A stretch of DNA of 64,000 nucleotides from assembly GCA_002269645.1 (NCBI GenBank), contig NIVC01003923.1:5457-69456 (forward strand), given 5' to 3'. How positions within the stretch are numbered: position 1 is the first letter of the stretch; every line of letters begins with the position of its first letter. Below, one piece after another: positions 58,431-64,000 of the stretch. Source of the stretch: Macrostomum lignano (Eukaryota). The notes under the pieces were generated by a model. That model was given only the letters and a program-made list of their open reading frames with translations. It was not told where the DNA came from and searched no databases. The translations under genes and the position numbers were made by a program.

Positions 58431-59953
58431 CCTGAGTGAGCGGTGAGGCCCTGAGACCGAGCGCACCCGACAAGTCCCAGAGTCGGTGGCGGCGCTCAAG
58501 GACTCCGCGAAGAATAAATAGAAAACCAGTCCAGGGAGCGGACGCGTGCATTTGGAGCTGGAGAAGGTTGGGGCGGCGGCCCATTTAGGATTAAGCGGGA
58601 TTGGCAAACTTGCGAGCTGGGAGATCCTAGGGAGGAGGGGGGTGCAGGCAGATGAAGCCGATAGGGGAAGCTGAGTCTCATGCCGAATTCTCTGATTAAT
58701 ATTGCATTTTGCCTCTCCCGATGGCCGAGTCGCTGCAGTTCATCTCTGTCTCTATCTCGTCCGTCTTTTCTCTTTAAATTGTGCACTCAAAAATGGCCGA
58801 AATTGGCTTCCCATTTCGGCGCGGGGCCTGTCAGATTGCGGTCTCTGCGCCGCGGGAAATGGCCGAGCCCTTGGGATGATCAAATAGATAAAACTATTTG
58901 CCTGTTAAGCAGGAGTCCTTCCCGCCCGTTACACCATAGAAAATTTTGGAGCTGTAAAACAATGACGTTTAGCTGCTTAGCTCATTGCGCATCAGCGCAT
59001 GAGTTCGATGCTCAAAACAAATTGTTTCACGAATGAGGCGTAGTTCACTATAGTAGTCTCATCCATCTTAATGAGATCTCACATCCATATCATACAACGA
59101 AATTTTGTCGATCTGATTTTGATTTGATCTGATTTTGTCGACTCATTGGGATTTTTCCAGTCTCATTGGAAAGGAACCTCACTGACTCATTGGGATTTTT
59201 CCAGTCTCATTGAAAATGAATCTCACTGACTCATTGGGATTTTTAAAAATCTCATTGGGAATATCATTGACTTATTGGGATTTTTTATAATCGCACTGAT
59301 GATCTCACAAATCCAATTGGATCTCAAACCGATGCTGACGTCCTGATGGAGAACTTAGCAATCCTATAATTGAGAATCTAACTTGTGATTTCATGATCTT
59401 TTTAAGGTAACGTACTGACTTATTCACAGATCTCGACTCTAGTATAGACCTGTAGGGCCACCTCTCGCCTTTAGCTTAGTAATAATGCGAATAGCCAGTC
59501 TACCCAACCCAGCTGTCAATCACAGCTTGATAAACACTGGCAAACCGCAGGCTACTCATCCGGGCTGCCCTGCATGCGCGCCGCCAGCCTGCGCAGCTGC
59601 GAGCACCACACGGACAAGGTGAACCGTCTGCTGTTCAACCACTGGCAGATTCGCTGCACAGAGACTTAAAGCAGAGTCGGGCGGCCCTGTGCAAAGAATG
59701 GGAGGCGACAATTCGGTGCCTGTCAGCCGCAATGGCCAGGCAGTGCGGCAAGACAGCCGGCCAGCAGTTTGGCGTGCTGGTTGCCATGCAGAACTCGGAG
59801 CGGCGATACGAAATCAGCTGCTCGGGCGACTACCAGCCTCTGAACTTCACTGTGAGCTATTTTGTTGATAAGTACCTGGCGCCGGGGCAGCTGGATGTGC
59901 AGCAGCAGCAGAGCGGCGGCAACAGCAGCAGCAGCCGCTGTACCCCATGCTGA
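55187..59953 (+). CDS. Cys-rich helical-repeat protein (DUF19-like secreted/surface protein); start not identified; two apparent single-C frameshifts
   Basis: Exons 55187-55382, 55478-55620, 55863-56126, 56408-56572, 57475-57608, 59551-about 59953, with matching phases and a repeated pattern (TICS|NLRVY..GVCET versus KICP|ALQRY..EFICDN at the same phase-2 junction). Continuity requires one extra C at about 56512 and at about 59640. The family call is by resemblance only. Confidence 0.7.
56938..57350. repeat. (CATCCA/CATCCG/CATTCA)n hexamer repeat, intronic
   Basis: Lies between exons ending at 56572 and starting at 57475; explains the HP-repeat and DA/DV-repeat ORFs. Confidence 0.92.
57826..57892 (+). 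mobile_element. tRNA-like SINE head
   Basis: AGCTCAGAGGTAA (A box) and GGTTCGATTCC (B box); similar to the head at 32175-32222; no full cloverleaf. Confidence 0.45.
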
Positions 59954-60538
59954 ACGATGCAGCTGAGCTTGACGCAGACAAGCAGCAGCGCCAGCAGCAG
60001 CAGCAGCAACCTCGCCAGCTGGACGGCGAAGACTGGCCGAGCCAGAACGAGCCACTGCTCCTTGCCGGCAGCGGTTATCATCACCTCTGCAATTTCCTTA
60101 GCTGCGACGAGCTGGCGTCAATCTTGACTGACAGAGCGCGTCTCCCAGACCACTGCTTTCAAAGTGTCTGCTGGCTTTGGGTGTCGCTTTTGATTAGGAG
60201 GCATTGTCCTGTACGAAATGAGTCCTGACCAATCACCGTTGGTTCTTGACCATTTTAGAGCAGGCGTTCTTAATTTATTGCATTGGGATTTTTCCAGTCT
60301 CATTGGAAAGGAATCTCACTGACTCATTGGGATTTTTCCAGTCTCATTGGAAAGGAACCTCACTGACTCATTGGGATTTTTCCAGTCTCATTGGAAAGAA
60401 ATCTCACTGACTCATTGGGATTTTCCAGTCTCATTGGAAAGGAATCTCACTGACTCTTTGGGATTTTTTAAATCTCATTGGGAATCTCATTGACTTATTG
60501 GGATTTTTTATAATCGCACTGATGATCTCACAAATCCA
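59137..60538. repeat. Two dispersed arrays of a 44-bp unit flanking the last exon
   Basis: ACTGACTCATTGGGATTTTTCCAGTCTCATTGGAAAGGAATCTC arrays at 59137-59320 and 60282-60538, both ending ..TTTTATAATCGCACTGATGATCTCACAAATCCA. Confidence 0.85.
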
Positions 60539-63487
60539 TCTCATCATCCCAGCTCGTAGATAGCTCGTATATCTCCTATTTTGGACTTTTCGATTTACAA
60601 AACACGAGCTGTGTTCGCCGAGGCTGTTTCATGTGTTTCTCAAGAAACGTTTAAAAATGTTTTCAAGCCTAAAAATAAGTATTTTCAAAGATGTTGAAAA
60701 CTTTGAGTCGAAACAGAAAGTCTACTGTATCGCTTTGTGACAATCGCAGGTATCTTCATGGTGAGTCAGAACTGTGCAACCAACTGTCAAGTGGACACGA
60801 ACTTTCAATTGGCAAAGTTGTTTATGCAGACTCTTGGCTTCCTTCATCTGGTAACATGGGTTCAGTGCGGGCCAAAATTTTCACCTGTCGATGGCTTAAA
60901 CAGCGATGATTAAAATAGCGCATCATTGCGGTGGTTTATAAATAGAGGTCTTGTTCGCGGTTCCTATGCTAATTTTGCCTTGAATAACATGACCATGCAA
61001 ACTATTTTTGTGTAATAATTATTTGCGATTAAAACTGGCTCGCATGTTGCAATAAGCTTCAAGTTCCATCACTTTGCTGAAAATATTCTGTTTGTTACTT
61101 GGGCAGCACAAAGTTTTACCTCTACAGCTGAGTGTACATAACCAACCACTGATTGAGCTCATTCGAAAGCATCAGACGGCAAACTCAATAATGCTCTTGC
61201 TTTGTTGTTGTTCCGATGTCGTATTTTAGCCGTTTCGGCGCAAAATATACTGTAAACTGTACTGTACAGCCTGTACAGTTCTTTGTAGGCCTCTGGACTG
61301 CGCGCTATGAAAGCTGAAAGGTAATTTATCGAGCATCTAATTCAGCAGTTGATTAGCAATAATGAAGCCCACCCAAGTTCTCTCTTTGGCTATTCCAGTT
61401 TGATTTCCTAAGAGCTTAATTTGCTATGAACAGTAAGCGTTGATAAGAGGGCTGGAGCCGATGTGAACTGCGCATGGCCTAGAAACGAACGGTTTGCAGT
61501 CAATACGAATAAAGTACGCCCTTTTGGGTGTAGTGAAGCACCGAATGTGCAATATTATCCTGGTCAAACTAGCCGCCATCGATGCAATTTACTCTGCACT
61601 GCACTCTTGCTCAGCTCTCGCGCAACTACGCACACCCACTTTTAATTAGGACTGGATTCGAACTAACAGCCAAGCCGGTTACTGCTGTGCATGTACGAGT
61701 ATTTCTGACTCCCGCCTGATCGGTGATTTTCACGATCTAACAAAGCAGCCTCGGCAGGCTCAGGCAAGTCTATTTCTCTTCGGTATCCGGGCAACCACCT
61801 CCAGCAAGGAAAGTTGTCTGCTGCCTCTGAAGCCTAAAAAGAAAGGAGAGAAGGAAAATGTCACTGTGATTTAGGCAGCCGATCAACTCCATTGCCTAGA
61901 ACGACTGCTACTAGAATTCCGGGAGTATGCGCGAGCGAGAAGGAAAACAGACCCAGTAGTGGTTGGAAGAATTCCATTTTAGGGGGGGGGGACAATAAAA
62001 TCGGCTGGATCGCGAGCAGCTTACCAAGCCAGAATGGGTATTGGTTCCCGCCTAAACCGCGAAGGCCAGTGTCTGAGAGGGGGTGAGAGCAGACGTTGCG
62101 CCTTGTCCACCTCCACGCAGCTCGGACCGCCCCCAGCTCGAGTTTCGATACGCTGTGGACTGTGTGGAGAATCGCCACACACACCCAAGGTCTCAAGCTC
62201 CCTAGCGTCTCAAGCTCCCTGCCCCGGTACGTTTCGCCCTTATCGGCCTTGGAAGAAACGGGCAGCGGCTTGGGGCAGTCTAGAGGGGAGATTGTCGCAC
62301 CGGAGCAGGGGGAGAGAGGCAAGCGACAACCCCAGCGGCGCGAGTCATAGCAAAATACGAAAGCATTTATGCTTAAGGAACCTTAAGGAACCTCGCGCCC
62401 TCGTCCAAGCGTGCACGGCTATACACACAATCTGGCTCATGCGATTTCGAAATAGCAGACCAATTTTGCCAGCTAGCAAAGCAAAACGCTTGAGTCAAAA
62501 CTCGCTGCAGGTCCGCGCAGCAAGCTAACTATCCAATCCCGCACGTTGCTGCGGGCTGCGCCACCCACCTGCCTGACTTCAGAAAAGGGTGAACTTAGCA
62601 GGGGCCTGCCATTTAAGCTGAGAAAATAGATAGATAGTGGCAGATTAGTAAAGGGACGGCTTTAATTTTTTTAGAGTAGCCGACAGAGCCATTTACAAAG
62701 ATAAGGCCGCTGTTCATGAATGTGAGGTGCCGCTGACAACCAGATAACGTGCCTTCGAACGCAGATTTTGCCAAAGGCACGGGTTTTCGCTTGGCAAAAG
62801 TCAGAGCGAGAAATTTTGGTGACTAACTAAAGGCGGGACTGAGACGAAACAATCACGTGCTCTGAGCGCTGAGTTAGACGCAGCAAGCGGGTGCGGGAAT
62901 CGCAGCGGGACTCAAACGCCAGAGAGACGCGATGGCGGCAGCGCAAGTCACGGCTGGCTTGGCGAACCCACTGGTGGACCTCCTGGAGCCGGCTTTCAAT
63001 GGCGGCATCCTGAATCCGCTGCTGGCCTGGGCCGCCGGGGCGCTACCCGACCGCCTGTCGATGTCGGATACTCCGGCAGGCGTCTTGCATCGATTGTCTC
63101 CGCCGACGTCAATAGGACGGGTTCAGATAGTCTCGAGTCCGTGCTCAAAGTCTGGCTTAATGGCCGGCTGCACTCTCACCTGGCGTATTTTATTCTGTCT
63201 GGCCTTTTGCTACTAATCTGGCTGTGTTGCCTGCTGCTTTCTTCTGGGCGTCACCCTGCGCAGAGAGAGCGCACCGGCGGGCCCGTCTGAAACGAATTCT
63301 ACTGAAAAAGACGATCAAGTGGACGCGCCGGACGAGAAGAGCGTAGCAAGGCAGCTTCCGCGCTCTCAATACCGACGATTCGGCGCCATGGTAATTCGAC
63401 GAGTGCGCAGATGGACGCGAAACCGGCACCAGAGGAAACAACCGCGGAAGTGGAGGGTGCGACCGGTAAAAACTGACCAAAGAACAG

Positions 63488-63889
63488 TTGAACGTTCAGA
63501 CTGAAAGTAATAACAACCACAATAGCAGCCGCAATGGTCCCAATAACGGCTATGACTTGACGGACAACACCGATCCGTGGTCCATGACAGAATCGGCGTC
63601 GACTCAGACGACCACAAAAACGGTGCGTCGGGGAAAGCAGCCGCGACGGAGGTTGTCCGAGCTGCAAACCTTTCAGCTAAAACTATATCGGTATCACCGA
63701 CTGCTGGCTCAGACCAGCGCAGCGACTTTGGCCACTTTGCTGTGCGTCGCCCTACTGGTTGCCTACTGCACCCAGGCTGGGGGGATCCTCGCCTTGGCTT
63801 CCAGGAGAGAGGGACGCCAACTCGGCGCGGTCTATTGTCTCCGCCACTGTCGGTCACCTGGACAGGTTCCTGACTCGAGCATTGGTTGA
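63488..63889 (+). CDS. Possible first coding exon of a membrane-anchored or secreted precursor
   Basis: Polar N-terminus, basic cluster, hydrophobic LATLLCVALLVAYCTQAGGILALA, then RR and YCLRHC; possible ATG at about 63584. The rest would lie beyond the window. Confidence 0.35.
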   Translation: MNVQTESNNNHNSSRNGPNNGYDLTDNTDPWSMTESASTQTTTKTVRRGKQPRRRLSELQTFQLKLYRYHRLLAQTSAATLATLLCVALLVAYCTQAGGILALASRREGRQLGAVYCLRHCRSPGQVPDSSIG

Positions 63890-64000
63890 GTCCAATCGAC
63901 TATTATTGACACTTGAAACCGCCTATCCAATCGGTGGAAAAGCTGTTTACAGATTTTGGAACTGAGCTGCTCCGAGCTGCTTATGGCTGACTATGGCATC

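Overview
Eukaryotic (animal) genomic DNA with GC-rich exons, GT-AG introns, and long introns filled with unrelated minisatellites. This style plus a platyhelminth-type orphan GPCR suggests the flatworm Macrostomum lignano (inference only). Contents: (1) the 3' 14 exons (926-22209, +) of a kinase-less ROCO GTPase: Roc-COR, two tandem TIR domains, a Cys/His module and a C-terminal CQLL prenylation motif; (2) an intronless rhodopsin-type GPCR nested antisense in one of its introns; (3) a large secreted/surface mosaic gene (-) with three C-type-lectin-like domains, many sushi-like modules and a mucin stalk; (4) a 5-exon pseudouridine-5'-phosphatase (PUDP/HDHD1) gene whose second intron holds a very young 7.3-kb LTR element lacking pol, with a nested hAT-like foldback element that itself contains a MITE; (5) a Cys-rich DUF19-like gene with two single-base frameshifts; (6) SINEs, a solo LTR, a MITE and many tandem repeats. 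The most unusual observations are histone-mRNA-like stem-loops facing outward at both ends of each LTR (also found in a second LTR family), the ROCO-TIR-TIR-CaaL architecture with one apparently catalytic and one non-catalytic TIR, and a minisatellite that multiplies a real splice donor 20 times. Exon models and counts were made by hand, without database searches.
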